From Schmidtea polychroa (Eukaryota), in assembly GCA_044892525.1 (NCBI GenBank), contig CM097885.1, positions 34,844,001 through 34,908,000 on the forward strand: 64,000 nucleotides of DNA. The letters are read 5' to 3'. Under the pieces are notes generated by a model that had not been told where the DNA came from, searched no databases, and saw nothing but the letters and a program-made list of their open reading frames with translations. The translations under genes and the position numbers were made by a program. The stretch's first letter is position 1, and every line of letters starts with the position of its first letter. Below are positions 38,229-50,297 of the stretch, one piece after another.

Positions 38229-38641
38229 GTGACCCGTCAAAATAGCCCAAGACAAAATAGCCCCGTCAAAATAGCCCCGTCAAAATAGCCCCATCATAAA
38301 TAGTATATAGTAGTATATAATGAGGGGTGGCTAAAACCCCAAAAATTTTAAAGTTCACATTTTCAAGATGGCCGTCCCACCTCATCATTCGTAGTGGAGG
38401 TTCTGCGTTATTGTATGTAAAATCGACCATGACATTTTAATTAAATTCTCCGTCTTACTATTGACATATGCTCGGCTACTCCGTAAACGAGTCGCGCTGG
38501 CTGTGGTACATCGTGGTACCTCCACTACGAATGATGAGGTGGGACGGCCATCTTGAAAATGTGAACTTTAAAATTTTTGGGGTTTTAGCCACCCCTCATT
38601 ATATACTACTATATACTATTTATGATGGGGCTATTTTGACG
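38229..38641. mobile_element. MULE-like foldback element inserted in the gypsy integrase
   Basis: Perfect 124-bp inverted repeat 38278-38401 / 38518-38641 with tandem GTCAAAATAGCCCC terminal motifs. The right end is truncated and adjacent integrase sequence is deleted. Confidence 0.8.
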
Positions 38642-39840
38642 ATGCATTAAGTAAATCTCTTATTGTCCGGAATTGTCTTTCGATTATACCATTCGTATTA
38701 TGATAGTATGGGCTCGAATACACTATCTCGAACCCTGCATTTTTGCTTATAAACTTTATGCTATTAGCTTCGAATGTTTTCCCGCAATCTACATGTAGTT
38801 CTCTGGGTGCCCCAAATTTAAGAATCCAGTTGTTTAACAATATCTTCCCAATTGTCTCTTCATCCTGTTTATTTATTGCTGTTAACGAGATGTATTTGCT
38901 GTAATGGTCGATTATTGCGCAAATGTATCTTTTCCTGTTAAATGTTTCTTTCATTGGGCCACATATGTCCATATATATTTTCTCAAAGGGTTCGGATGCT
39001 TCAAGTACTTTTGGTTTCTCTTTCATCTTTGTAGTTACAACTTTAACTTTTTGGCACGATTCACAATTTGATATTGTCGTTTTACCTCCTTTATTAGATC
39101 TCTCATATCAAAATTGTTTTGTATGTATTTGATAACTTTGTCAACTCCAGCATGGCACAGTAATAGATGTGTTTTGATAATCATTTCTCTTCTTTTGCTT
39201 TCTGGTATCCATATTCTTTTATATTTGGTATAAATAATATTATCCTCTATTATAAACCTTCCACTCGTTTGCGTTATTTTATTTTTAATCTCCTCTATTT
39301 CATCACTATTCATTTGCCATTCCTCTCCTTTGTCTTCAGTTATTATATTTAACAATCTGGTTTTCATTATTCCCATTTTAGGATTATCGTTTTCCATAAG
39401 GCATTGTACACATATGCCACACGTTTTCATCGATAACATGTCTGCATTAGTAATACTAATTTAGTATGTAGTGTACCCTTTCTAAATTCCATTTTTATAT
39501 CAAGGCTACTTAAATGGTTTATCCAGCTCTGGAATTGAGCTGTAATTGGCTTCTTCGTGGTTAGCATAAATGTTGTTGCTTTATGATCTGTACGTAGTGT
39601 AAATCTTTTTCCATATAAATAGTGATTGAAATGCCGACAAAAATAATATATAGCCAGGAGTTCCTTTCTTGTAATACAATAGCCTCTTTCGTGGTCATTC
39701 ATCGCATGTGAGCCATATGCGATAACTTGCTCATGCTGGGCACCTGGAAGGACGGTTAATGATTAATGCGACTAGGGTTTATCGTGGTGATTCATTTGTC
39801 CCAGATGCCAAAATGATTTGTCGACCAGATATTCCCTCCT

Positions 39841-39972
39841 GTGTGCCCATGACTACGAGTCATATTGGTGCTGTACACCGAGGTCGGAACCTGTGAGCAG
39901 GTGAGCCCTGTCGCCAAAACTACTCCTCACAGCATTCGCGGTTCGGGTTCGGAAGGCCGTAGAAGGACTTAC
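39841..39972 (+). ncRNA. Candidate structured RNA module, copy M4
   Basis: GTGTGC/GTACAC around CC-ATGA..TCAT-ATTGGTGCT; CTGTGAG/CTCACAG around AGGTGAG...AACTACT; GCCGTAGAAGGACTTAC. Confidence 0.6.
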
Positions 39973-40219
39973 ATCACTAGAAAAGCCGCCTAGGTCGTTA
40001 TATCTTGTTACTTACAGTGTCAAATTCAACATTCCAACAACTAGTAAAAACGAAGTAAAATATAATTTCCAAACACAACATGAATTAATAATTAAATAAA
40101 CACAAGGTCCATAAAGGAGTCACATTGAATTACAGAAAATATACATATTGTCTGCCATGAGGTGGGCGTGATATTACTGGGAGGATTGTGATGAGAAGTT
40201 ACTGGAAGCTGGCTACTTC

Positions 40220-40963
40220 CTAGATCATCTCTCCTTCCGCTAACATCGCATCGATGTCGCACTCCAAAGCAGGATTGAAAGGTGGTTGAGAGGTGGAGAC
40301 AGGCACAACTTTGGCAGGAGCGATGATCTTAGTCGCTGGTGTTTCCTTCGCCTGAGTGGCCGCAAATAATGTCGCCTCGAGGGCTGCCATCTCTTCTCGG
40401 CGTTTCTTTGTTTTCTCGGCCCGTGTTAGCCGTTTCTTCCGTTTCGGTTTCTCCGGTAAAATGACTGGCTGCGACGTTGATGGGTTCGATGAAGTGGTGA
40501 CTGGCAGTACAGTAGTTGACTTAGTAGCCGCAATGATGTCGGTGAGAGCTGGGGAGACTGGAGTTGGGCCGTGGGCGCCGCAAAACGGATGCTGATTGGG
40601 TTTGGGAGTAGGTAGATCATGATGTATAGGGAAGAGATTTCCTTTGTCTAAAATTGGATATTCGGCTACTCTCGCCTTTAGTTCGGCGTCGGAGTAGATA
40701 CGATGGAGGGCAGCCGACTGTGCCTTAATGGTGAGTCTTTGACTCAGATTTTCTTGTAACAAGCTGTCTCGGCAATTTTTGAGACGGAGAATCTTCATGC
40801 GCGCCTCCTTCATACTGGCAGGGGTAAACCATGTCCCCTCCAGCGTGTCGATCTTTCGTTTTAACGACCCAATATAATCAGCTGAATTCTTCAGAAGGGC
40901 ATTTTTGTCGGCACACGAGAAGCACGGTCTCGGGCCGGTTGGAGGAAGGCTTGGTCCAGTCAT
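40220..40963 (-). CDS. LTR-borne antisense ORF, copy 2 (intact, 247 aa, unknown family)
   Basis: PCFSCADKN, coiled coil, LEGTWFTP, CRDSLL, Pro/Ser/Thr linker, basic KPKRKKRLTRAEKTKKRREEMAALEATL, acidic end DIDAMLAEGEMI. Conserved in three other copies. Confidence 0.85.
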   Translation of the reverse strand: MTGPSLPPTGPRPCFSCADKNALLKNSADYIGSLKRKIDTLEGTWFTPASMKEARMKILRLKNCRDSLLQENLSQRLTIKAQSAALHRIYSDAELKARVAEYPILDKGNLFPIHHDLPTPKPNQHPFCGAHGPTPVSPALTDIIAATKSTTVLPVTTSSNPSTSQPVILPEKPKRKKRLTRAEKTKKRREEMAALEATLFAATQAKETPATKIIAPAKVVPVSTSQPPFNPALECDIDAMLAEGEMI

Positions 40964-43900
40964 TTGTTATAGTCAAGTTTACTGAAAGAAATATATGTTT
41001 ACTTCAATTAAAATCTCTTATTTTAAGAAGCGGGTCTTTTCCATTTCATTCCCCGTGAATTCACTACTACACGCATCCTCCACATACATCATACTTTATT
41101 CATTCAAATATATGATCCATACACGCAAAATTATTAGCGTTTAGTCGCCTCTATTTGAGCAAAAAGGGGTGGCGGGGCTCCGATCGTGAAAGCACAAAAA
41201 AATCAATTATTTGCCCCATAAAATCAATTTATTAAAAATTAAACAAGAAAAATTGTAATAGGATTATTTATGTATCGATTCTTTCGCAACTCGTCCGTTC
41301 CATAGTATTTGTTAGAAATGTAACTAATGTCTTTTGCCCATTTATCCTACCCGCAAGAGCTCACCCTAATTCAGTCTAAACCTTGTGAATGCAATTTATT
41401 TGTTCGTAATTGATTTTCAAAAATTTTAATCATTTTATTTAACTACAAACCCGTTAAATTTAATTACGACGTTTACTGGAACGGTATGCAGAGATCTGCT
41501 GTTAATTCAGAATAGCGTAACTCTTGATAACACCGAAAAACAAAATCCGATTAGTGCCCATACTGCTGAATAGTAATTACTGCCGAAAAACTCTCATGAA
41601 GGAAGCTTATCAGACGTGAAGCGCGAGAATTGGAGATAAAGGCTTGCTGCTTATCTATTTATCTGTGTGAATCGTAACATTCGGAACGAGTATGACGGGA
41701 AATTCACAAATCGACAACAGTGAAAATATTGGTGGACTATCGCTTATTCAGATTATTTTAATGTATTCTAATAAGCCAGCTATTGTTTCTCATCTAGTTT
41801 GTGCATATCCTTCTTGCAGTGACGTTTCAGTTGATTGACATCTACATCCATCGGAAAAATCTACTTCGGACAAATTTAACACCTATCTCTCTTATTCCAG
41901 AGTTGTACCAAGATACTAAGGTAAAAGGAGACTCATTTACTAACTGGAAATAAATACTTCAATACGCCACTATTAAGCTGGTTTTTCGTTCAGATCCGAG
42001 AGATCATTTAACAGAGTTCCGTTACCGAGTTGGAGCATGAAGTGGTGATTATATAATAACACTCTACTTCCTTCTACTGGGATCAATCATCAATGCGAAC
42101 ATCGACAAATTCCGGACGTCCTCCCAGCTAATCAATCCCCGAAATCATATGCATAAATTACTATAATAATGAGAATCTAAATATCTTCGTGTCGAAAATC
42201 AAACAACCAACATTTCGTAGAATTCAAAATAATTTATTTTCATATATTCACATCTTTCTACATTGGGTTCAATATTGATATAAATCGTTGCACATTCTTC
42301 AGGTTCAATACTCCCTTCATTACGAATTTCATAAATACATCATTCTACAGCTACTCAACTTCCTGAAACCACATTTAATTGTTGTCGAAAAAATAAGAAC
42401 ATTATTACTACTTAAATTACAGTTTAAAATAGGATAATATTTACCATAGCATTCAAAATTATTTACGTAATAGCATTACAAAATCAAAATAATCTCTTAC
42501 ATTTCCTTTAGATTTCGATGCTGGCGAATAGAATAACTGGTTCGGCTGATGATGCTATTGAATAAATTTTAAAACTATTAAATTGATGATTTAGCTTACC
42601 TATTGATTAAATTTTAAAACTATAAACTAACTGTTCCGCTTTTCTTATATATTAAATTCCGACCAATCAGAATTCAACGCGGTTGTAATATTTTAATTTT
42701 ATTGGTTTTCCCTTTTTTTATTCTTCTTTTATTTTCTATTGTTTTTTGGTGGTTTTATTATTAATTTATTTTTTATTCTTAATTTCCTTTCGTTCGTCGA
42801 TTTTTAAGTAATTTTTCGTATTTTTATTGATTTTTTCTTAATTCTTATGGTTATTTTTAGGTTTATTGTTTTTATCCTGATTTCCTGTGCTAGCTTTTTT
42901 ATTATTTTTTTTTCTATTTTGTTAGGTAATTATTTTTATTAATTTCCTAGTTTCTCTTTCTCTGGGGTAGTTCCCCCCTCTATTTTCTGCTAATTATAAA
43001 TTTAAGTATTATTATTTATTTTGGATCATCAGCCCAACACTCATATCCCATGTCATTCTTCTGTGATAAAACTGCGCCGATTGTATCGAAACTTGCGTCC
43101 GTATCCAGTATGAATTCTTTCTTAAAATCTGGAAATACCAAAATCGGTGCGGTTATTAATGCCAACTTCATAATCTCAAAAGCCTGCTCACAATTTTCAT
43201 TCCATATTATTTTGTCGCTATTTTTACCACATATACTCTCTAAAGCTCTTGTCTTCTTTACGTATTCTTTAATAAATTTTCGATAATAGTTGCAAATACT
43301 CAAGAAACTCCTTAAATTTTTCACATATTTCGGCCTTTGAAATGATTGAATAGCTTCAATTTTGCTCTGATCTGTTTGGATGCCGTCTCTATTTATAATA
43401 TGGCCTAAGAATTTCACTTCGCTTTTCAGTATTTGACATTTTTCAGGAATAATTCTTATTTTCTGCAATACTCTTTCCAGCAGTTTATAGTGTTCTTCAA
43501 TTGTGTTAGTAAAAATTAATAAATCGTCCAGATAAACCATTACCGCGTCTTTCCATAAATCCCTTAATATCTTCGTCATGCGCTCTTGAAAAGTTCCTGG
43601 TGCTGCCGCGATGCCAATTTTATGTTGAATTAAATCAGTGCATCCAACATCCCACTTGTCAGCCATGAAAACACATTTATTTCTCTTGATAATTTCTACA
43701 AGCAATTTATCTTTTACTTTCAACTTCTCTATCGCATGTTGGAATCTTTCTTCATTTGTAATATTCCTCCCAAATTTAGCATCAATTTCACATATACGTT
43801 CGTTAGATATCATTTCACCTTCTTGAAATCATCTTAATTCAATACCGAATTGTTTCTGTAATTCTATACCCCCAATAACATCTGGGACAATGTTTTGTAC

Positions 43901-45096
43901 GACGGTAAAGGTCACTATTTTTGTTAGCTTCTCTATCTTTACCTCAATTTGAACTTTTCCTATAGTCTCCAATTTACTGTCATTTGCACACTTTAGCATT
44001 TCATCTGTTTTTATAATCTCGACTTTGTCCAATTTATCCAGTACTGCTTTAGACATTACATTAACTCGTGCTCCTGTATCTAACAGACACTCGATTCCGC
44101 GCCCTTGAATTTTAAGTGTTATACTTGGTCTACCTTGCATTTTATGATAAGTCATACGAGGTCCTTTCCATTCGTCTTTCGTAAATATATTTTGTTCCAC
44201 TTTGTTCTTTATACTATTGGAGATTTCATTAATCCACCCAATCTTATCTTCATTCATATCAAATGACTTCTTAGAAAACTATATACTTTTTCTCCTGTTC
44301 TTTCATCGCTACACATTATTTTGCTGTTTTCATTTCTATGATCTATACTGCTACTTTTATAAACATTAAAATTAGTTTTATCATCCATATTATTACATAA
44401 ATCTTTACTAAAAAAATTAAAATTATCTACACTATTCAAATTATTTACATTATTCAAATTATTTACATTATAAAAATTATTTACATTATTATAACCAGCA
44501 TTTTCATGAAAATCATCATTACCTAATAAATGGCTCCTATCATCGCCTCCTGTGATGGAGCTTCCTCGTTTGGGTATTGCATTTCGACGTATTTTTCCTT
44601 GGCTTCACTTGAATAATCCAGTTGATAGTTACCATCTTGATTTCCAATTGCTGCTACCTCTCTTCTGTTATACTGATTGTTCTGTTGAAATCGGCCCCCT
44701 TTATTTCGGTGTGTTGCATTAGTTCTTCCGTAATGATTCATTTTTGGCATAAATCTTTCTAGGTTTGTATAACATTTAGTTTCTTTGTGACCTTGTAGAT
44801 GACATCTCCTACACTGAATGTTTGGACATTCTCGGCGTACGTGTCCATATAATCCACATCCAAAACACTGAATCCTCCTCTTCATAGTACATTCTTGGCT
44901 TAAATGGCCTGGTTTTTGGCATGTCAGGCATACGACGTTCTTAGTCGCTTCCGGTGGTTTTGATATTGGTGCTGGGGTACTACCCGGTTGACTCAAACGA
45001 CTTTTAAGTCCCGTCTAGAGGATGATCGTCTGTTATACTAACGTCTTCCATTTTTCCGTCAACCTCGAGTAGAACTCCACACGATCTACACTCCAA

Positions 45097-45237
45097 CATA
45101 ATACCCATGAACTGCTTCATGTTGGTACTGTATTATGCCGGCGAGACACCAGAAAACAGGTGAGCCCCTGCCTTAGGACTACTCCTTTCTGAGGGCTCGA
45201 CTTCTCTTTCCCCATGACTGCCTATAGAAGGTCTTAC
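45097..45237 (+). ncRNA. Candidate structured RNA module, copy M5
   Basis: CATAATAC/GTATTATG around CC-ATGA..TCAT-GTTGGTACT; CAGAAA/TTTCTG around AGGTGAG...GGACTACT; GCCTATAGAAGGTCTTAC. Confidence 0.6.
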
Positions 45238-45517
45238 GTCTCACTACTTCTCTATACTCGATACTCCATCGTTTCCTGAGTTCGGTACCCGTTATATACT
45301 ATTTGAAGATTTCAGTCAATAAAACCATTCCTTCCTGGTGGTGGAGAAAAAAGCAAATAACAACACACAAAACAAAACCCAATGATTTAAACAAAATTTA
45401 TTTACTAAATGGTCAATATACAAGAAAACATAGATACTACAAGCAAAACAGTTCATCACATCAGAAAAAGTCGCAAGAGTTAGGACTAGAAACTTCAGCC
45501 TGCACAAGAGGAACTGG

Positions 45518-46271
45518 TCACTTTTCCCATTCCGTTTCCGTTAATAATGCATCTAGATCGAAAAATTCGGACGCATTCTCCTCCCACGTGATGCCAGCCG
45601 CAGAGATAATACGCCCCGGAATTCCGGTGTTCACACTAGGGGTGGGAGCAACACTACCTCCCGATGATTCAACAACTGAGACTCGCTTCTTCTCTTTCTC
45701 TACAATTCTTTCCTTTTGCTTTCGTTTCTGTTCGGCTCGGGATAACTGTCGCCGTTTGGGCTTGGAAGAGGAACTGATAAGGGGGGGGGGGCGGTGCATT
45801 AGATGTGGAAGCAATTTTTGGATTTACTTTGCTGGTGCCCGTAAAGATTACGTCTTTGGGTTTGGGCGAGAGCTCCGCCTCCACACAACCTCGGCATGAT
45901 TTCTCCGATGTTCGAGGTCTATTTGGAGTCCGATCGTGATGAGTAGGGAACACATTGTCCTCCTCAGTGATCGGTATGCTCGCGATCTTTCGAGTTGTTG
46001 CGGCTTGCAAGTATACCTTATGTAGAGCCATTGATTGCTCTTTGATAAGGATACGTTGTGATCTACTTTCTGCGATCAGGCTATCGTGGCAGTGTTCGCT
46101 TCTATTCAACTTCTTCACTTCTTTCATCTGCACTGGGCTAAACCATGTGCCTTCTAATTCGTCGATCTTGCGTTTCAGCAGTCCGATTTGGGCTTGCAGT
46201 CCCTTGATGGCCTCATTCTTATCTGCACACGAATAACAAGGCTTAAGGGAATTCTTGGTGACTGGGTTCAT
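45518..46271 (-). CDS. LTR-borne antisense ORF, copy 3 (one frameshift in a G11 run at 45781-45791, possibly a sequencing error)
   Basis: PCYSCADKN...LKRKIDELEGTWFSPVQMKE...CHDSL; after the shift, KPKRRQLSRAEQKRKQKE...FFDLDALLTETEWEK. Confidence 0.8.
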
Positions 46272-48871
46272 GATCGTTAGCTATAAAAGAAAACAGATAT
46301 AGGGAGTGATTATCTATAATCCACTTCATCTGTAAGCAGATCGTACATAAAAATAAACATTAGCCATCGTACGGCCCATTTGATGCACCTATAAAGTTTG
46401 CGCAATCAGAAAGACGACACTGTACCGACAAGAGAAACTCAACCCCAGACGATCTATTAGACTAGCGCAATTTTGTATTTATGGTAAAAGGTACAATTCT
46501 ATGGCATCACACCCATATTTATCTGGATTCTTTACCCGAAATTTGAAGTACACCTGAACAATTATTGGGATTTACTATTATTACCATCCGATAGTGGATA
46601 GGTACTTATTAAGATTATTAAACAACAAAATAAAATATATAGGAAGGTAAATTAAATCAATCCTTATTTATTCCTATCCCAGATCATCAAGTAACAAACA
46701 TTTTAATTCAAAAGTAAATAAATTCATTTATTCTTAATGTGAAATTTCAATTATTTCTATCTGTAACGGGTTTTTAGTCTGTATGTTGGTAAAGATAATA
46801 GTTTATGAATCTACAATTGGTACTCAGCTGCTTGTTGTACATGCACTCGGTAGGGACTATGGTGTTTGTGACATGAGGGTGGAATCGAAATTAAAATAAA
46901 CAGAAAACAGTGTTTATCTAGCCTGCTGATAAAATAGTGGTGGTTCTCAGGCACTACCGGATGATCTATTCATTATCTCGATTTGTATTTTTCATGTGGC
47001 TATTCAAACGGATCGATTCTTGTCATTCGGTACTCATCAGACGGCATAGGTGGTGTTACCCCATCCGTTTAGACTAGGTTATGTATATCATAATAAAAAG
47101 TCACCATGTTACCTGTGTTTTTGCTCGCTCTACGTGCTTTCCTCATGGAGTATTTTCGCATCTTACCGACATGCAAGTTTTATAGTGGAACGGTCAACTA
47201 TCATAAAATCATAGAAATTATCGGTGCCTATGGTGACTATGCGACTGATTAATAGATATTAGTAGATTGTTCAATGTATTTTCGCAGCATGCTGTTCCTA
47301 GTGCGTGTATCGACTCAATTGGAATTATTCAAAAGGAAACTCGCTACTCGTAGAATCACGTTCGGGCTACTCGATGATCAGTCCTAACTTACAATGTTCT
47401 AAATACTATCAACAGGTAGGAAAATGGATCACTTTCGCGAGTGAATTTAATTTTGCGTTTTGTTGACCCAGAATAAAATGTACATAATCGTTTTTCGTGT
47501 CTATTTTCGAGTATCTGTATCGTAAAGAGGTGCTGAAAAATGGACTCATGCTAATTTAAATTATCTGAGGAGAATATGAACGGTGAGACAGATCTTATAG
47601 AGTTATGATGAATTGGAGAAGATTGAAATAAATTTGATTTTTGTGTGATGATACTAGCGTGAGTGCTGAAAATTAGATGAGATTCACATTGTACTGCTAC
47701 TTATGAGGATATCCTAAATCAAATGTCGCTCGACGAAATCTACTTTCGGATTAGTAAGTGGTTTTAAAATATAGTTCACCCTAGCTGAGATTTTGTGCTT
47801 TTAAATATGTGATGGGATGAATAAGGTAAAGTGACGAATTTCGCGCGAAAATTTCAAATGTAGAGCTAGTCCAAGATCGGTTAAGGAACATTTAATCACG
47901 ATAGTGTGCGACACCCTCAATCACTGTGTAGACCTACTCATGGCACTTCCTGCCTCCTTTATTCCGATAATGCTGTCTCTTTCCTACTACTCTACATTGA
48001 CCTTATTTTTCAATAGTATCTCCCGCTAATTTATGCGCATCTTCAGCGACGGACCCGTGAGGAAGCCCCCACATTTCGGCCCGAATCAGCTGCGTGACTG
48101 AAATGCTCCGTACCCACCGGCTGAGCACCCGAAGGCTCCTCACACCATGGTATGAAACATTTCAGCTCCAAGTTACTCAGTAATTTTCATTAAAACAAAA
48201 CATAAAAACTCGCATCAAAATGGCTATTAATAATTCCGTCATAAAAATAAATATTTAATTACATCGAGTGAAAAAGAAGAAATGTTTTCAAATTTTTAAT
48301 TTTACATCCAAATATATTTACAAATAATTACTGTCATAAATTACCAAATCATACCAAATTATAATGAAAAAACAAAATTTTACCAATATATCCGTTCAAA
48401 TATTTCCTGGTAGGTAAAAATCTGAGTCTGAAGTTTGGTTAAGATAGTTAAATAATCTTCGAATGATTTGCGGGCTGAATCGATTTCCTCTGTTTCTCCT
48501 AGATTATCCTGATAGCTAATATGTTCGAATGCTAAAGCTGAATCGTTGTTTGATTGACACTAGTTAGTTATTTTGTTAACACTGAATAGTCGTATGGGTG
48601 AATCCATGGGGGGGGTTTCAGAAAACATATTTTGTATATGTATTTTTATTTTTTCACGTAATAGCTAGCACTATTTACCAAATTATATTTCACTTTATTT
48701 CAATATAAAAACAATTACCTATAGGTATATTTTTCTCTCAACTTTTTTATAGAAAATTGTAAAGAAAACTAAATAAAAATTTATTAAGAAATATGAATAA
48801 TAATTATACATTATAAGAAAAATTAATATAAAAGTTTTATTAGAAAAAAAGTAATATAAATAAATAAATAC

Positions 48872-49920
48872 CTAATCCAAGAAAATTTCTAATTTACATG
48901 AACTTTTTGCTAGTTCACCTAGAACTGCATCTGTAGAAATCGCGACATTACGGTGAATATTAAGTAAAGCTAATCCATTTAACCTATCTTCAGTCATTGT
49001 GTTGCGTAAATACGTTTTAAGTCGTCTCAATGTTGAAAAAGATCGTTCACTGCTTGATGTTGTAACTGATATTTTAAGTAATTTTCGAACAGTTGGGAAA
49101 ATTGAATAGTCGCATGCTAAAATGCATTATGAGCATTTTTTGGTGTATTCGAAGAATTTAAAACATGGCGCCACCATAGCTTCAGCTCACCAATGCCCTC
49201 AACTATGCTACAGTTTGTAATACTATTATATTTTTCTATAAAGGATTTTTGTAGAATTTTCGTGCTCTGATGAAAAGTTTTGTTCATTTGGCAAAAGACA
49301 CATAAAACTTTGAAATATATTTTTATGTTTCAGAAACCGATCGTGAATTTGCATCTTTGTAGAATCCACAATACGATAATACTCTTCAGGATTTTCAACT
49401 ACAATGTTGGAGCGATGAACTTGTCTTCCGGTTAGACGAGGAATTCGTATTTCTACATTAAGTTCGTCACATAGATCAAGATTTATTGTTTGTATTAATC
49501 GACTTAGCGGTAGGGTTATAGCAAAAACCTTGGCAAGAACATGAAGCGATACTTGAAATTCTGTACTCCTAAAAACAGATAGAAACTGATTTAAAACTTT
49601 AAATTACGTTTTCCACTAACTGGGAATACAAATTTGTCGTCAGGATACCAAACGTTTTTCAACAAAAATAATCTTTTTTCATCGTCGTATTGGTCTTTTC
49701 CAATAAAATTACTAATATCATTAATAATTACATTTGAATCTGATCCTGATGGAGACTCACATTCACATCCATTTACTGAAGCTGCAGCACTATCATTTTC
49801 ACTAGGAACAGGAGCAACCTGATCAGCTGTTCTTTCTAAATCACTTGTTTTAGATTTTTTAACAAAATAATTTGTTAAAGTAGAATTTTTTAATTTTCTT
49901 TTCTCGTTATTCATCTTCAC
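48872..49920 (-). pseudogene. Internally deleted hAT transposase (ZMYM/TTF-type N-terminus plus dimerisation domain)
   Basis: VWYPDDKFVFPVSGKRNLKF and IFPTVRKLLKISVTTSSSERSFSTLRRLKTYLRNTMTEDRLNGLALLNIH. Confidence 0.85.
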
Positions 49921-50222
49921 AAAATATTATTTAAACAAATTTTAAAATTAACATTAAACAGAAATTAGACTTTCTCAACAGAAAACAAATTTTAAAATGA
50001 ACAGTAAGAACAAAAATTAGACTTTCAAGTTCAAGAGAAAACAAAAAACAAAGTAAATTGAACAAAGCAACACTACTCGTGTGAATTTTTTTTAAAAAAT
50101 TTCGCCGAATTTTTTAAAAAAATACACGTTTGAAAATTTAAAAACGCGACTGTTTGGGTCCTGCAATTATTATTATTAGTAATAGAAAGTACATTATTAC
50201 TATTTTATTTTTAATAAAAATA

Positions 50223-50224
<2 letters not shown>

Positions 50225-50294
<70 letters not shown>
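50225..50294. repeat. (AT)n microsatellite, about 35 units
   Basis: Direct reading. Confidence 0.98.

Positions 50295-50297
<3 letters not shown>

Larger units (their letters stand above)
39734..43039 (+). mobile_element. 3306-bp solo LTR (large-LTR family copy 2)
   Basis: Starts TGCTGGGC and ends GCCCAACA (7/8 inverted). Perfect 4-bp TSD CTCA (39730-39733, 43040-43043). Removing it restores the gypsy RNase H frame ...KNDMGYE|QVIAYGSHAM. Confidence 0.88.
37911..44969 (-). mobile_element. Second compact Ty3/gypsy element (same lineage as 3192-7585), fragmented by nested insertions
   Basis: gag knuckles 44523-44960; protease LLDTGA 43829-44257; RT (VYLDD, internal in-frame deletion) and RNase H 43043-43813 resuming at 39733; integrase 38100-39440. 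PPT AAAGAAGGGGGA is followed by TGAAAGG at 38093; the probable short 3' LTR is 37911-38093. Confidence 0.9.
44970..48070 (+). mobile_element. Large-LTR family copy 3; left end truncates the gypsy gag, right end not resolved
   Basis: Begins TGCTGGGG like copy 2, with the same order of module M5 then antisense ORF. No matching TSD was found, so the right coordinate is approximate. Confidence 0.55.

Noticed and set aside
45120-45130. Conserved TTGGTRCTG as a tRNA primer-binding site
   Set aside because: It lies ~110-200 nt inside the left end of the LTR rather than just after a CA terminus, and it varies at positions that should pair with the tRNA.
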